The notes beneath the pieces are model-generated. The model was not told the DNA's origin, did no database searches, and saw nothing but the letters and a program-made list of their open reading frames with translations. The position numbers and the translations under genes were made by a program. A stretch of DNA of 64,000 bases from Phoronis australis (Eukaryota; Animalia; Phoronida). Positions 39,040-53,700 of this stretch are shown piece by piece. Every line of letters starts with the position of its first letter. Position 1 is the stretch's first letter. Where the stretch lies: positions 23,876-87,875 of the forward strand of contig NMRA01000123.1 of the NCBI GenBank assembly GCA_002633005.1, in the 5' to 3' direction.

Positions 39040-42000
39040 TGCGCATCCGCAGGTAGCTTGGTTTTCACTAATATTCCCAGTCTAGCCGATTTCGAAAACC
39101 ACAGTCGACCAAGAAAGGTGCCCCCCTTGACTATGTAAAGCCGGCTTTTCAAAGTCATGCAACAACCACTAATGTGTTGTTTCCCAGACTTCAGAGACCG
39201 AGATTCAACTAGGCAAGTGATATGGGTTTGGCTAAATTTTGAATGGCTTACTCCCGTTAATATCATTGAAACGTGCTCCCTATGGGCTATTAGGATAGAC
39301 GGTTTTACCGTTTCTCACTTGCCTCCAATGTTGCCTCACTGCATAACTCGACCCCAGAGTTTCGACTTGGTGTGATCATCAGAGATTTGCCGAATTTTCA
39401 CCGCACGACGTCGCTGACTGGGAAAGGTTTCCTACTTTCTTTTTGTGCTACACGCGACTAATTGATGCAGCTGTGCAAGCAAAATTTAAATTATTTATTG
39501 AAATGGCTCGAGCTTAGCTGAACTCATCGTAACTCAGTGTCATCATGGAAATCATGCGCGCACCCAGCAGGGGCTCGAGCGAAGTGGGTAAATAGGTCCG
39601 CCTCAGAGAAACAAGAAGTCCGAGAAAACGAGACAAAAGTCCACTAAAAAGGCGCAGACGTACAGTTCACAGACCTGAAGGTGCTCCCCTTTTTAATTTT
39701 TTTTATTTTTTAGTCCTCCTGCTTTTTGTCAGCAAAAGGTCCACTTTAATGTCAAAGATTCGAGCCCCCCATATTAATTAAAGGCTGGATGAGCGCATGG
39801 AAATGTTATTTAACTCTGATTGCAAAGTAATTTCATTTTGGTTTACTTAATTCATTGAGTAAATAGGCTTCTGGCAAGTTTTACGAGTTACTCTTGAATA
39901 AAAATGGCTGCTCTCTTTGTCTTTTCAAACATTGTGCAACTAGTTATAACTTCGCATTTCATTTGTTTCGACATGAGAGACTAGAATATCGCGATCACTA
40001 GACCTTCTATAGCACTGGGTATTGCAACCGTGAAACGAGAAAACGGAACAAACACGACTTAAATTGAAAGTTTTCATAGCTCCATACACATGTACGTGAG
40101 CGAGACGTATGAACTCACCCAGCGTAAGTGTGTCATGTCCATCAGACGAGTTTCTTGACTGAAGAAATTTATGCCATATCCGCGCTTCTCCTAGAAGTAC
40201 CGCGGGAAAGTGTTAGAACCCCCGTGTTGTTACAACCACTATAAACGCCAATCTTCACTATTCTTTCATGGCCGCAAATGAGCAGCAATATCTGGCGACT
40301 TATTACACTGAACACAACGGAGGAAGACTAACGCTGTCATTTGTCCCGATTCTACGTATAAATATCGACCAACAAGGGCTCTATACTCGAGATCAGCTAA
40401 CATACATCAGACAGCGTTTGCCTGTTCTCTAACTCGACAGCTGAATTAGACCATGGACAACACCAAAACGTTACTTATTTGAACTGTCGTGGCATCTTTT
40501 GTAAGCACCGCGTTCCAGGACTGCGCTCAGCTTGTTAATTCCGTGTCCGGTGTTCTCTCTTCGATAGGCTAAGTGGCACAGAGAATTAAAAAAAATCGTG
40601 CCTCTTTAACTCTGATGGCCTACGCCAGACTCATTGAATCCGAAGGCTGTGTTCTGTAGAACCAAGACACTCTCGAAGCGACAAGAAATCTTTGATTATG
40701 TAACAGAATTAAACACTAAGTCCGAGCTTCACTGGCCCTGCAAAGGCTCATCGAAAAACCATTTTATAAGCCCAGCAGCCGCCATTTTTTAAGACACATG
40801 CAATAGGCCCATATGCTAAGCTACCGAGCATACTGGCCTTCCACTTGTGTGATTTTGCTTTTACGCGAAACGCCCTGAACCCAGGGCCTCAGTGTTCAGA
40901 AAAAGCCCTCATCACTTTTAGAGAAGCAGTGACCATAACGATTTAGGACGGTCTAGTTTTTCAAACAATCACTTACCGTTCAAAATAGGAGGTGCCCAAA
41001 TCATCAAAGCTTTGGACGATACTACTGATTCTATCAAAATTTTTATTAGCAACTCAGTAACACAAGTTCCACAATGGTCAACCTACCTTTTACCTAACAA
41101 ATAGGTAAACTTCATTACCAAGGATAGCATTTCTAACGTAGACCCATAAAATAATGTACTTTTAAAAAATCTTCGATGTCATTATTTTTCGAAAAATAAA
41201 ATTTTGACCGCCAGTACCTGGAAGACAACGGCGAGAAATGGCGATTTGCAAAAACAGTTTTTGTTGTTTTCATATACACCAGCTCTGGCCAAAGCTACTA
41301 ACTTTAAGAAGTCTATCCCGCCCAACAACAATGCCCAAAAATGTTTTTTTTTCGGTTGTAAAACCCGATGTCTATCCATAGTAAGGAAGGTAGCGTATTA
41401 CAGACATGACTGTACATAATTGAATAGTAACCACATCATGGAGTAGGCCACCAACCACAAAGTTTCTAACAGAAGCAAGGTGTCCTAATACAAACCTGGA
41501 TGCAGGGCATGCTGAAATTCATAAACCCTGTTTTCCAGTAAACACTAGGACTGCCAATACAAGCACCGGCTACAATACTCGCGAACATGGCTATGCCTAG
41601 TAACTGACTATCAGTATGGGCGACCTTTTACACTGGGTGCTAGTAAAAACGACCATTACTAACAGACCTGGAAAACAAGAAATGAGTAAACATCCGGGCA
41701 TCCATTAGAGGATTTACAGTACTTTTGTTAGAAAACAGGAATATGAACAAGGTTAATTAAACTATATTAACGAACGACTTGATATTCCATGATTTCTAAT
41801 CACCTGATTACCTGCTATGATTCCACAGGACTTTCAGTACAAAACACACAAACGGGATTAATAACGAGTACAAAAACACAGTAGCTAACCACAAAATACA
41901 AACAATACAAAATACACCATTCTTCAGCAGTCGGTTACTAAGAGGCAATAAACCCACGTTCTGTCGATTCAATTATCGTTTGATTTCCACCACTAGGTGC

Positions 42001-43608
42001 CATTTAATATTGGCCTTAGCTTATTCTTAACTCAGATGAGAAGTGGTCTTGCAAAATGAGAATTCCTGATTGCAAGAGACCAATGCTCAACGAATAGAAA
42101 GAGCTGCCATGCTAAGTCAACCCCACCTGTTGGGAATAAGGGACAACTGGATGCAAATTTCAAAATGGCAAGTGGTCTGAATCAAAATTTGTTTTGTCAG
42201 GAAAGGCGGATCTGTAGCTGCTTTAAAAACAATTGGGAAGCATTCTTCAGCCCATCATAACTACGACAGGATGTTATATCTCAAGACTGTGAACATGGCA
42301 CTGAATCTGTACATTAAAATCTCACACAATGCTAACTAGGTAAAAAAATTGTGGACTTCTAACCAGAATGAAACAACTTCCAGTTGAAGCTACCAGTAAA
42401 CTCTATTTGGTACATAGTCTGATAATGTGTAACTGGGAACGCTAATAACCCACATCTTTTAAGCACAATTCCACTCAAAAAAACATTAACTAAAAGGATG
42501 GCTGTCGAAGAAGGCCTTGTTCGATATGGCTTAAAATCGAAACACTGAAGTATTGGTAAACGTAACCCCAACGACATACTTCCTAAATAATTAATATTGA
42601 AAAGCGTGGAAGCAAAGATTTTAGACATGACATTTTTGTTCATAAGACAAGTCTCTGCAGCATTACTACAATTTCAAGCATCCTATTTTGAAATACAGTT
42701 TGGGATAGGCTTCATAATTTTGGACACCGAAATTCCAGCTGAAATTGAATTTTCTCGATTCTAAACATTGTGAAAATTTTGGCATTCATCATGTTACCCA
42801 AATAATGAAATTTGTGAACGGGAAAGCGGAAAGACTTGGCAGTTAATGAAATCGTCAAAAATAACCATCAACGTGATGTCGCCATTGATGGTGATTCTTG
42901 AATTCGGGATGAAAAGTAATTCCTAAGTCTAAAATTTGCCACCAACTTTACGGCAAAATAAGTTAAATTTTCACTGTCCCAAACTGGAGAATTTATACCG
43001 AAACCAGCAGCAACGCATTGCCATAAGTTAAATAGTTTATAAATATTTACAGTGTATTTACAACACCTATCAGCAACATTCTGTAATAGAAACAAAATCT
43101 AACAAGAGCAAAATACACGGACTACTTAAATTACGAATAACCATTCAATGTCAATATTACTGTGACCTGAAGGAGCAACAAACATAAATGCAAAGAATAT
43201 CATTCTGCCATTTTGACACCAGGCATCCACTTCACTCACACATTCCTACGTTAACAATCCAAAGTCTAAATTGAACCCTTTATTCAGCCCATTCTCCTTA
43301 TTCCTGAAGTCTCAACTGAATATAACTGATATCTTGTAACTTTTTGACACACGAGGGACAAACTATAGACTAAAGTACTACAACTGTACACCGACTTGTT
43401 GTAGTCTATTTTTTATCATTCAATCAATCAACGCTCTTCTACAAATGTCTGCAAGTGTCAGACCAGCCATAATTCACCCATTACACTTTATGTTTAACAC
43501 ATTATCAAGACAGTAATGGCAAGTATCAACCATAAAACTGGTTTCACTCTCAAATGCCATACACCACTATTTCGTAAAGAAATACAAAAAATAGTCAAGG
43601 TTACAAAA

Positions 43609-44174
43609 CAATCAAAAATCTCAAACTGGGGAAAGTAAAATGTGACTGAAACCCTTTTCCCAGTCAAACACACACTGGAATTAAAAGGAAACGCATACAC
43701 GCAAATTGAACCCGTAACATTTAACAAGTTTAGAAGTCAACCTCAATCTACAACACACTCTTTATAAGGTTGTCTTCCGTGGTCCACAGTCAACACTAAA
43801 ATGCATCAAGATCTTGCCATACAACAGCCAGGGGTACATTTTATGAAAGTTACCCATCTGTGTTCATTGGCATGACATCATCATTATTTAANCAATCAAA
43901 AATCTCAAACTGGGGAAAGTAAAATGTGACTGAAACCCTTTTCCCAGTCAAACACACACTGGAATTAAAAGGAAACGCATACACGCAAATTGAACCCGTA
44001 ACGTTTAACAAGTTTAGAAGTCAACCTCATTCTACAACACACTCTTTATAAGGTTGTCTTCCGTGGTCCACAGTCAACACTAAAATGCATCAAGATCTTG
44101 CCATACAACAGCCAGGGGTACATTTCATGAAAGTTACCCATCTGTGTTCATTGGCATGACATCATCATCATTTA
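43609..44174. repeat. ~283-bp direct duplication joined by a single N (likely uncollapsed haplotypes)
   Basis: 43609-43891 nearly equals 43893-44174; n at 43892. Confidence 0.85.
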
Positions 44175-44556
44175 ACAAGTGTAGCATGAGAAGTTACTTC
44201 CATATTGTAATCTTTATATACAGCGAAACCTGACCCATCTCAATTCAAACTCCTGGAATGAGTCCTGCCACCTAGTGTGCAATGCTTTAAGGCTCAACTC
44301 AATAAGCACTGCAATATTAGAAAATCAAACACAAGAATCCAAGTCATGAAAACATTGACTTAAGGTTGAAATGAGTTGTGGCGACATAGCCTGCAATATT
44401 CTGTTCTTTATGTAGCAGTATTGGCTACAGTCAGTAAGAACAGAGATGAGTCACGGAACACAGTGTGCGACTGGCTTAACTTTCACGCAACTCGCCCTAG
44501 GACATGCTAAGTGGCCACCAGTCATTATAACATAGCGCAAATTATTCACCAAACTA

Positions 44557-44711
44557 CTAAAACTTCATCTTATGTATCTTCAACAGTTTTCCCAGCCTTT
44601 GCTTAGCAGTAGCCATGCCTTTCTTGGCTTTCTTATTTCTGCCGCCATCGTCACCACCGCCAACAGGACACTTTCGCTTGCCAAAGGCTCCAGACTGTTG
44701 CAGGATAGAAG
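44557..44711 (-). CDS. PHF8: KDM7 last coding exon (…[22 protein letters not shown])
   Basis: ttgcag| acceptor, family-diagnostic C-terminal motif, TAG at 44557-44559. Confidence 0.93.
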
Positions 44712-47700
44712 CTGCAAGTTCCAGTATAATGAATCACTGGCCAGAAATGACATAACTATAGTAGGCATTATCTCTAAGTGGATATAAAATGACGCGGAAT
44801 GAAACAAGTATATTTCGAAATATCGTGTACCTTTTAATTATGTCGCTTGGTCACTTACTTCATCTATGTTCCCTTAAGAGTAGAGTTTTATTCCAAACAT
44901 ATGAACGAAACAGAATAAAGACTTGTTAAATCAATTCTGCATATCGGAAAACTTCCTCCTGAAGTACAGCCAGCAAACATATATAAATAATGTAATTCTT
45001 AAAACTGGCATGGAAATGCAGAGTGCAATCATTTTTAATTCTGGTCAGCACGCCACTGGTGGCCACATCACATGACTTAATTAATACAAGTCTGATTGGA
45101 TTCCCGTATTCCACCAGTAGGTCCCAATGGCTCGGTAGACTAGGGCACCTGCATGATTAGCAGAAGGTCCCAGGTTTGACAACCGGTCGGGGGCAGAAAT
45201 CTTTTCAGACTTGTATTCATAAGGTCATGTGATGTGACCACATGTGTTGTGCTGACCAGTCTTAACAATTTTACAACATGCATTTTCATGTTGGCTTAGG
45301 AATTACACATTTATATAAGTGGTCTTAACCTAAATTTGATAACACAAACAAACAACTTTGTTAAGTTTAAGACACGAAGTTTAACAGTGACTCCACGCAA
45401 TCGTATTTTGCTTAGTCACTTAGCATGTCTCAAAATGTCACCCTTATGTTTCTCACCAGGAGCACTGCTGGACGGGTTGAACGATGACGGTCCTGGCCTC
45501 TCATCATCAAACATAAACTCAGACATGGACAGAGACTGAGACAGGAAAGAGGAGTCTGGCTTTGTCAGTTTGGACTTCTTCTTAACATACTGACGTTTCT
45601 GCTTCTGAAAGGCGACAAAATAGATTGTTAAGGTTACAGACCTTATCCACGAGTATGGGCATTTTGCCAAATGTATAGGAAACTATTGAAAATAGCTTTG
45701 TAACAGTACATATTTTGCAAAGTAGAAAGCCTTTGACAACTTGTCTTTAATTGGGTTAATTGAACGGTTTTTTGAATAAAATTTAGTAGAATTCATAGTA
45801 AAAGAATCGTGTCCATAGCATGACCAATTCATTTGATGTATATACTCAAAAATTGTTACAGTATTCGAAAATAACATTTCATTTTCGTTATCTGCAACTT
45901 TTGATTTCTTCTTAACAACTACTGTTCAAAATTACAGCACTTTTCACGTCTTGTCTTGGTCAACGTCCTTCAGACTAACACACAACATGGAAAATAAGAT
46001 GAATGCTATTTCATTGAATTTCTCACAATATATATGTTTTGTTTCCACCATTGCACACGGTCTTCCCTGTTGCAATAAATCACAAAACACAAGTGCAAAC
46101 ACGAGCTCAACCTTTGAAAATGCAATTCAGGCAGTTTATTTCATGAGGAAAACAGGAAAGTTAACACAAATCTCAATTATGCTTTCAGAGGAAAATGGCC
46201 AACTTAAGACCGTTTGAAAACCAAATAGCAGAAAAGTACTGACGGGCCTATTGGCCAAGGCTACTGCTGCTTGGGCAAGTCCACTCTCTACTGACTCTCG
46301 TCTCTTGCCTTCGCGAGCGGGTCTCTCTGGCTTGGGAACGTTCACAGACACTTTGGCTGAAATGAGAGAACACGATCATTACACTTTCGCTTTTCAGTTA
46401 CAGAATAAATCCTGTCCATTTTTGTAAATAATTCCAGGTTCATGCGACTGAAGATAGCTCCACTTTCGTTGATGTCAATACTGAAGGCCAATCTAGCCTA
46501 GCTTTTAATTTAAACCAACAGGGAAGACAACTTGACTTCAGTAACAATGACTAACCTTTTGGGTTCCATGTTTCGTCTTTCTTCGGACGTCCACGCGGCT
46601 TGAATATGGCATCGTCCTCCCCATCGGAAGCCTCAAGAGTGGGATAGACTAAAACAGCATGGTACTCCAGAGTATCGACCACTACATGATACTGTTACGT
46701 TTCTCATAGTACTTTAATTTACTTGAAATCATAGCTACCAAAAGGTGGCGTTAACCACACATCTTTAAAACACAGGAACCAATGAGGAAAACCACAAGTT
46801 TTTCTGGAGAGGCAAAGAAAACTAGGCAAAAGAAGTTGACATTTTCACTCTCACTCTCACAACAGAGGGTAAAAAACAAACCTAAATAAAATTTTCCAAA
46901 TTTCCTACTCTTACATTTTTACAAAAAAACAAAATACAGTCCACCATTTCCGTAATTACATTTCCAGTCACATCATTTCAAACCAAGGGGTCTGCGCAAG
47001 ACACCATTGCCCCGCGAAAGCCCTCTGTTCTTAAAGTAAGATGAACGTATTGCTGCTATAGAAGGTACACTCATGTAGTAAAATTGGCAAAAATGATTTT
47101 ATTAAGATTGTGTAAGAGACATTAATGGCAAATCTGTGTATTTAGCAACGAATTTACTCAGTAAAAGTACACATTTTCTGAATTCAGAAATATGAAAAAA
47201 TCAATTTTAAACATAACCAATTTGTCATGGATTGGGTGACAGCACCATGTGTTTCTAGCAAAATTCAGCACAAAAACAGAAAGGTACACGGATAGAAAAA
47301 CAACAGCATCAATAACAAAAGACCAAATTTCATTAAATATGTTTAAGGGCTGTTCCAGTAAAATCCGTGTGGGAGGGGGGGGACGGCAGTAGAAATAAAA
47401 ATTCATGGGTGGTGGTCTTCAGAAAAAAACTCAAATTATGGGTGGTCGTTCCTGTAAGAAGTGATGCATTAAAAATGGGTGGTATTTTTTGACCTGTTAA
47501 TGTTGACAGGTTGGTTACTTCAGCCGCCAAAACTAAAAAATGCAATTGGCAGATATCCTAACTTATCCCAATACAAAAAAGCCCATATTGCCAGTGAACA
47601 GAGTGCAATATGTTCACTAAGCCATTAATCAAGTCATGGGCAACTTGATTTGAACCAACTGTTTGTCTGCAGTTCTATTAAATTGAAAAGTTATGCAACA

Positions 47701-50700
47701 TTAAAGTGGTGTTAACAAATATAAGAAAATTGATGATCTTTAAATAAAAAGTATGAGGAGTAAGATAAACAAGTTCCAATATTCACTTGACATAGAAGTG
47801 TAAAAGAGTTCGTGGAGACAGTTTGAGATTCATAGATCCTTATAATTGAAAAAATGTTCATTGAAATTATACACATGGTGAACAGAGACACCTGGTGGCT
47901 GCCAAAAGTATTGCTCACAGGCTACTTTAGTTTTTGACAATAGTGGACAAGACAACTAGTTCTTGTCTGTCAATCATCTAAGTTCTTAACAGGTCCTCCT
48001 GGAGGCAATTTGTTTGCAAGTGTTGGATTTTGTATTTTAACCTATTAAAAATAATTAAAAAATTATGGGTCATGGGTTGGAGAAATAAATGAAAAATATG
48101 GGCGGTGGGTACGAAATAAAAGTGCCTTCCCCCCCTCCCATACAGATTTTGCTGGAACAGCCCTAAGAGGAAATCTCAAACTTCTGTTACAGTTATCTAA
48201 ATTATAGTTTCGATTTTCACTTATGCAACTTTTTTCATGAGAGTCGTAAAAGTCCTATTTCTGATTGCCCCTCACCCAAAAATTTAACATTAGAAACAAT
48301 TCAAAACAGCCTCTTGGAGATCAATGCATAAACCACAGTATCTGAAAGTTTTACATGAATCCGATCAGCCATTTCTGAGATATGATGTTCCGAATTAAGC
48401 CAAATCTGGAGACTTTTCTTGGGTCCTGCCTCAGTGTTAACTTTCATAATGACATTTTGGTTTGAAATCAGCTTCACCAGAGCTCAAGCTTAGGACTAAT
48501 AGGTGAACTGAATTTTAGTAAAGACAAAACCAACTCAATAATATGAGGCTGTACATCACATACCATATTCGTCATCCCTGTAGCACGTGGGCATCCGGTC
48601 AATTTCATAACCGTCGGCCATCTTTGCTGTTGGTGTCCTCAGTCGTATGGCTGCCTTGGGTCGTGTTATGAACGGACTCTCGCCCGATGTGGTCAGCTGA
48701 GATCCACCCATTTGGCTCATGGAGAGCATGCCCTGGATGGCGTCACGCATTGTGTTGTTCCTGCACAAGAGAGATCACATGACACGTGAAGCTAACTGTA
48801 ATTATTATAAGGTGACTGAGTAAGCCCATTGAGGCAGGGGGGGTGTGGTGAATATTCTGTCTTTGAGATTGTATTTACTGGCACCCTTATGTCACTATAA
48901 TAAATAAATAAAAAAAAACTGTATGGAAACATGACTGTGAAACTGAGGGAAAATGTACAGCCAGGAATTGCAAGTGGAGGTAAGAATAATTAGTGAAGCT
49001 ATGGATAACACAATGTGCAAGTGACGTCACATGAATCTACAGACAACATGCACAACAGTGGATAACGTAAATCTACCAATAAATGAACTCATGGATAAAC
49101 CATCATGCAATCGATATTGCGTGAAACTACTGACATAGTGTTAAGCTATTGATAACATGCAGCACTATTAATAGATAACACACGAGGTTACAGCTAACAT
49201 GTAAGATCAAAATATTGAAACTCGTTCAGCTACATATGACACGTGAAGCTAACTGTAATTATTATAAGGTGACTGAGTAAGCCCATTGAGGCTGGGGGGT
49301 GTGGTGAATATTCTGTCTTTGAGATTGTATTTACTGGCACCCTTATGTCACCATAATAATTAAATAAAAAAAAAAACTGTATGGAAAACATGACTGTGAA
49401 ACTGAGGGAAAATGTACAGCCAGGAATAACAAGTGGAGGTAAGAATAATTAGTGAAGCTATGGATAGCGCATTGTGCAAGTGACGTCACACAAATCTACT
49501 GACAACATGCACAACAGTGGATAACATGTGAACCTACCAATAATAAATAAATCCATGGATAAACCATGATGCAATCGCTATTGCGTGAAACTACTGACAT
49601 AGTGTTAAGCTACTGATAACATGTAGCACTACTAATAGATAACACACGAGGTTACAGCTAACATGTAAGATCAAAATATTGAAACTCGTTCAGCTACACA
49701 TAACAAATGGAGGTTTGGATAACAACAGAAATTGTAGATAACACAGTCGTGATAGAATGAAGAACATGTGAAGCTAGAGATATCACATACAATGCATAGT
49801 ACACAGACTATAGAAAAATTGTGAATTTACAGATCCACGTCAATCTGTTGATAATGTGCTGCAACTGAAAACACACGAAGCTCCGGATAACAAAAACCTA
49901 AAGACAAGAAGTGAAGCAGTGGATAACAAATAATGCAATCGATAATGCATCACTCAAGCTTAACAACATACTCAACACCCTCCCCCTTCAATTCACTTTA
50001 CATCATACTTACCCATCACCCTCTCCCTTCAATTCACTTTCTGCTCCATATCCGCTTGCCTGTAGTATGTCGGCGATGCCGCAGTTAGCGCCCTGCGAGG
50101 GGTCTACTGGCNCATGTGAAACTGAGGGAAAATGTACAGCCAGGAATTGCAAGTGGAGGTAAGAATAATTAGTGAAGCTATGGATAACACAATGTGCAAA
50201 TGACCTCACATGAATCTATAGACAACATGCACAACAGTGGATAACGTAAATCTACCAATAAATGAACACATGGATAAACCATCATGCAATCGATATTGCA
50301 TGAAACTACTGACATTGTGTTAAGCTACTGATAACATGTAGCACTATTAATAGACAACACACGAGGTTACAGCTAACATGTAAGATCAAAATATTGAAAC
50401 TCGTTCAGCTACATATAACAAATGGAGGTTTGGATAACAACAGAAATTGTAGATAACACAGTCGTGATAGAATGAAGAACATGTGAAGCTACAGATATCA
50501 CATACAATGCATAGTACACAGACTATAGAAAAATTGTGAATTTACAGATCCACGTCAATCTGTTGATAATGTGCTGCAACTGAAAACACACGAAGCTCCG
50601 GATAACAAAAACCTAAAGACAAGAAGTGAAGCAGTGGATAACAAATAATGCAATCGATAATGCATCACTCAAGCTTAACAACATACTCAACACCCTCCCC

Positions 50701-53700
50701 CTTCAATTCACTTTACATCATACTTACCCATCACCCTCTCCCTTCAATTCACTTTCTGCTCCATATCCGCTTGCCTGTAGTATGTCGGCGATGCCGCAGT
50801 TAGCGCCCTGCGAGGGGTCTACTGGCTCATGCTTTCTGCCGACGGCTTTCTCTGGCGACGAGAATGCACTGTCACTGAGTGTGGTGTTGAGGCTCGACTC
50901 GTAAGAACTCTCTGGATCAGGGACGCCTTTACCACCGACTGTAGGGAGAGACCACATACCATGGTTTACAATCAGTTTCCGCCATCTTCGACAGCCACCA
51001 AGACCAGTAAAACTGTTTCAATACTGACATCATTTGAGTAAACGTTCAAGTTCATGTGGTGCAACAAGTCAATTTTGAGTTGAGTCTGGAGCAAAGGCTG
51101 ATGAACTCTGACCCATATCACACCTTAAATGTCTTTAAACAGTATTTATAAGATAAAAGGCACACCGGTGTATACCAGCCTAAAGATACTGGGCATGTTA
51201 TACAGGTGAAACAAAGAGACCAGTCAGTAGGTCACAACTGTGCCTTTTACTTAATAGGACTATTACCTTGGAACATCAAGTTTCACAAGATGAAATTTCC
51301 AATCTTTTATTTAATTTTGTGACCATCACAAAAATAGAGTTAACACTTCTCATTTTCCGTGGTTATGTTGTGGTCAGAATGGAACTCATATGTGATAGTT
51401 TTGGCTTAATAAACCACTTCATTTTTAATTGATCTAACTTTTGATAGTTGATCCATTTTGACCTGCTGATGGAGAACTCAACATGACTGTAAAAGACAAA
51501 TTAGTTTAAATTCTATCATTCAGTTAATCAACATGGGTCACTCCACGTTTGGCGCTAGTGCAGCAACAGTATCACCCATGTATTAAAACTTTTAATTAAA
51601 CTCAGCTCCCATGGTGTTTCATTCGTAAAATACGTTAAACACCAGTGTTTGGAAATTCCCATCGGTGCTACAAACTGGCCCCAAAACACAACTTACACGA
51701 CAGCTTCAACTTCAATGATCCAGGTTTTGCGGTTGATTGTGACCCACTGCGCCCTTTACCTTTGACCGGGTTTTCATCGACGACTAAATGTTCAGGGTCT
51801 GAGTCATCAGAGTCGTCATGACGGACTTGTGATGAGGCACCACTGAAAGAACGGCCACAGTCAGTCAACAGTGTTTTACTACATTTTGTAGTTTCAAAAT
51901 ACTAAGAACATGTTTAATGCGAATGTGGCTATATAAAGTACAGTATTAGTAGTTTACAAAAAAGTTGTTAAATACCATGAAAATTCCACTAGATTCACCA
52001 TAGAAGGAAATCAGATGAAAAACACTGCTTCGAAATTTTGCTGATTGTCCCAAATTCTATAAATAGCAAATATTGGTGGTCTCAAATTCAAGAATCACCA
52101 GAAAGACCGCAAAATTACCCTCCCTGCACATTGAAAACATGTCGTTTGAAATATGGTGAATGCCAAAAGCACCCTTGTTCTAAACTCCAGAATGAAGAAA
52201 AATAAAATTTTGGTATCCCAAATTCTAGAGACTGTCCCTAATTGGAGAATTTTAAAAGTAGCATTTTTTAGAGCTCTGTCCCCAGAAGAAGCGTCTGGTC
52301 ACAATGACTACAAATAAAATATGACAGCACTGCAGATATTTCAACGCAGGAAAAGTTCAAGCTCAGTCCAAAAAATCACTGAACAGGTATAAAGTACATA
52401 AAAAATTGGCAGAACTTGGCAGAATATCGCCAAAATCTATCTTCACCAGGAAATTTTGAAAACTGCTGCTGTTGACAGTTATTAGGTTGACCCAAAAAAA
52501 TTCACAAAGAACCTGAAGATATCTATTCATTTCTTCCATTACGCAATTTCTCCTCATTTTTAAACTCATTGACATAAGTTACAGAAAAGCGGCTAACATG
52601 CAACAGCACCAACTACCATGCTGCCATCTACAAACAGACCTGATTATCTTCCCATTGGCCAACTTCAGCCTCAGGCTGGAGGGGGACGGCTGGGAGTTCT
52701 CACTGAAGGCAGTGCCCTTGGGTATGCGCACCTTAAGTGAGAATGGACTGTCGGGCGGAGATTCTTTGGCCAACCTTTCGGCTTCTTTGTGTTCTTCTTT
52801 GACCTTTTGTAGCCCCTCCTAGTCGAGATTGGAGGAGTCATGAGTTACATTCTCTAATTGGTTGATAACGCATAATCCCAACTTAAACACAACAAACATC
52901 AACAATAATGAACATAGACTAGACTGGGAATTACAAGAAGTGACATCATTACATGAAGTGACCCCATTACAGGAAGTGACATCATTACATGAAGTGACCC
53001 CATAACAGGAAGTGACAACATTACATGAAGTGAGCCCATTACATGAAGTGACGTCACTACATGAAATAACATATGGAGGACACAAACCAGTAAATGAGAC
53101 AATAAGTAATCCGAAGGCCAATGAGGAAAAAACCTTTGGCATATAATTTGTGATCCTACGTCCACTTTCAATGTTCATAGAGAACGAGAATTCCTTTTAA
53201 ATTAATTCTCTCTTGATCAAATATAGAGAAGGTAAGTTTTGAAAACATCGTATATAAAGCGAAGGCCAAGTGGTCTTCAGTTCTGAAGCTTTAAGACAAA
53301 GTGCAAAGTAAACCTTCGTATGTTGGTCCAAAATGTCGATGCTTGATTGTTTGGTATTTCTTTTCTTCTTTTTCTTTTCAGCCTTGGGTTTTGCATTAGG
53401 CTTCTGGAAGACAGTGAAGAATTAACAATGTAGTGGTAGACAACCCAGATGAAGGGAGTGTAATTAATCTTCGCATCCCCTGGGCTCAATGAGAACATCA
53501 AGAAATGATTCATCCAAGAAAGGTGGTTGAAACTGCAAGATGTTCAAACATATCAAGTTTTTGAACTTGTTTCGGATTTTGGAAAGTGCAACTACTGCAA
53601 GAAGGAATGCAAACTTAAAGTAAAAAAAAGGTGAACTACTCAACAAACACCTGTTCACAGTACACTTCATTGGAGATTTGTTTATAGAAATCACACGAAT

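Noticed and set aside
43609-44174. Tandem duplication in the presumed KDM7 3' UTR as a regulatory feature
   Set aside because: The copies meet at a single N, the same signature as the other uncollapsed-haplotype joins.
45120-45193. Functional tRNA gene
   Set aside because: B-box and stems are degenerate and no clean anticodon arm is visible; called a SINE head or pseudogene instead.
52819-53178. Cys-rich repetitive ORF ([12 protein letters not shown])n
   Set aside because: It is the translation of an 18-bp intronic minisatellite; flanking KDM7 exons join in frame without it.
53404-53532. Upstream acceptor tcttgcag at 53533 for the basic KDM7 exon
   Set aside because: Phase-0 reading hits TAA at 53464-53466; the acceptor at 53404 keeps the frame.
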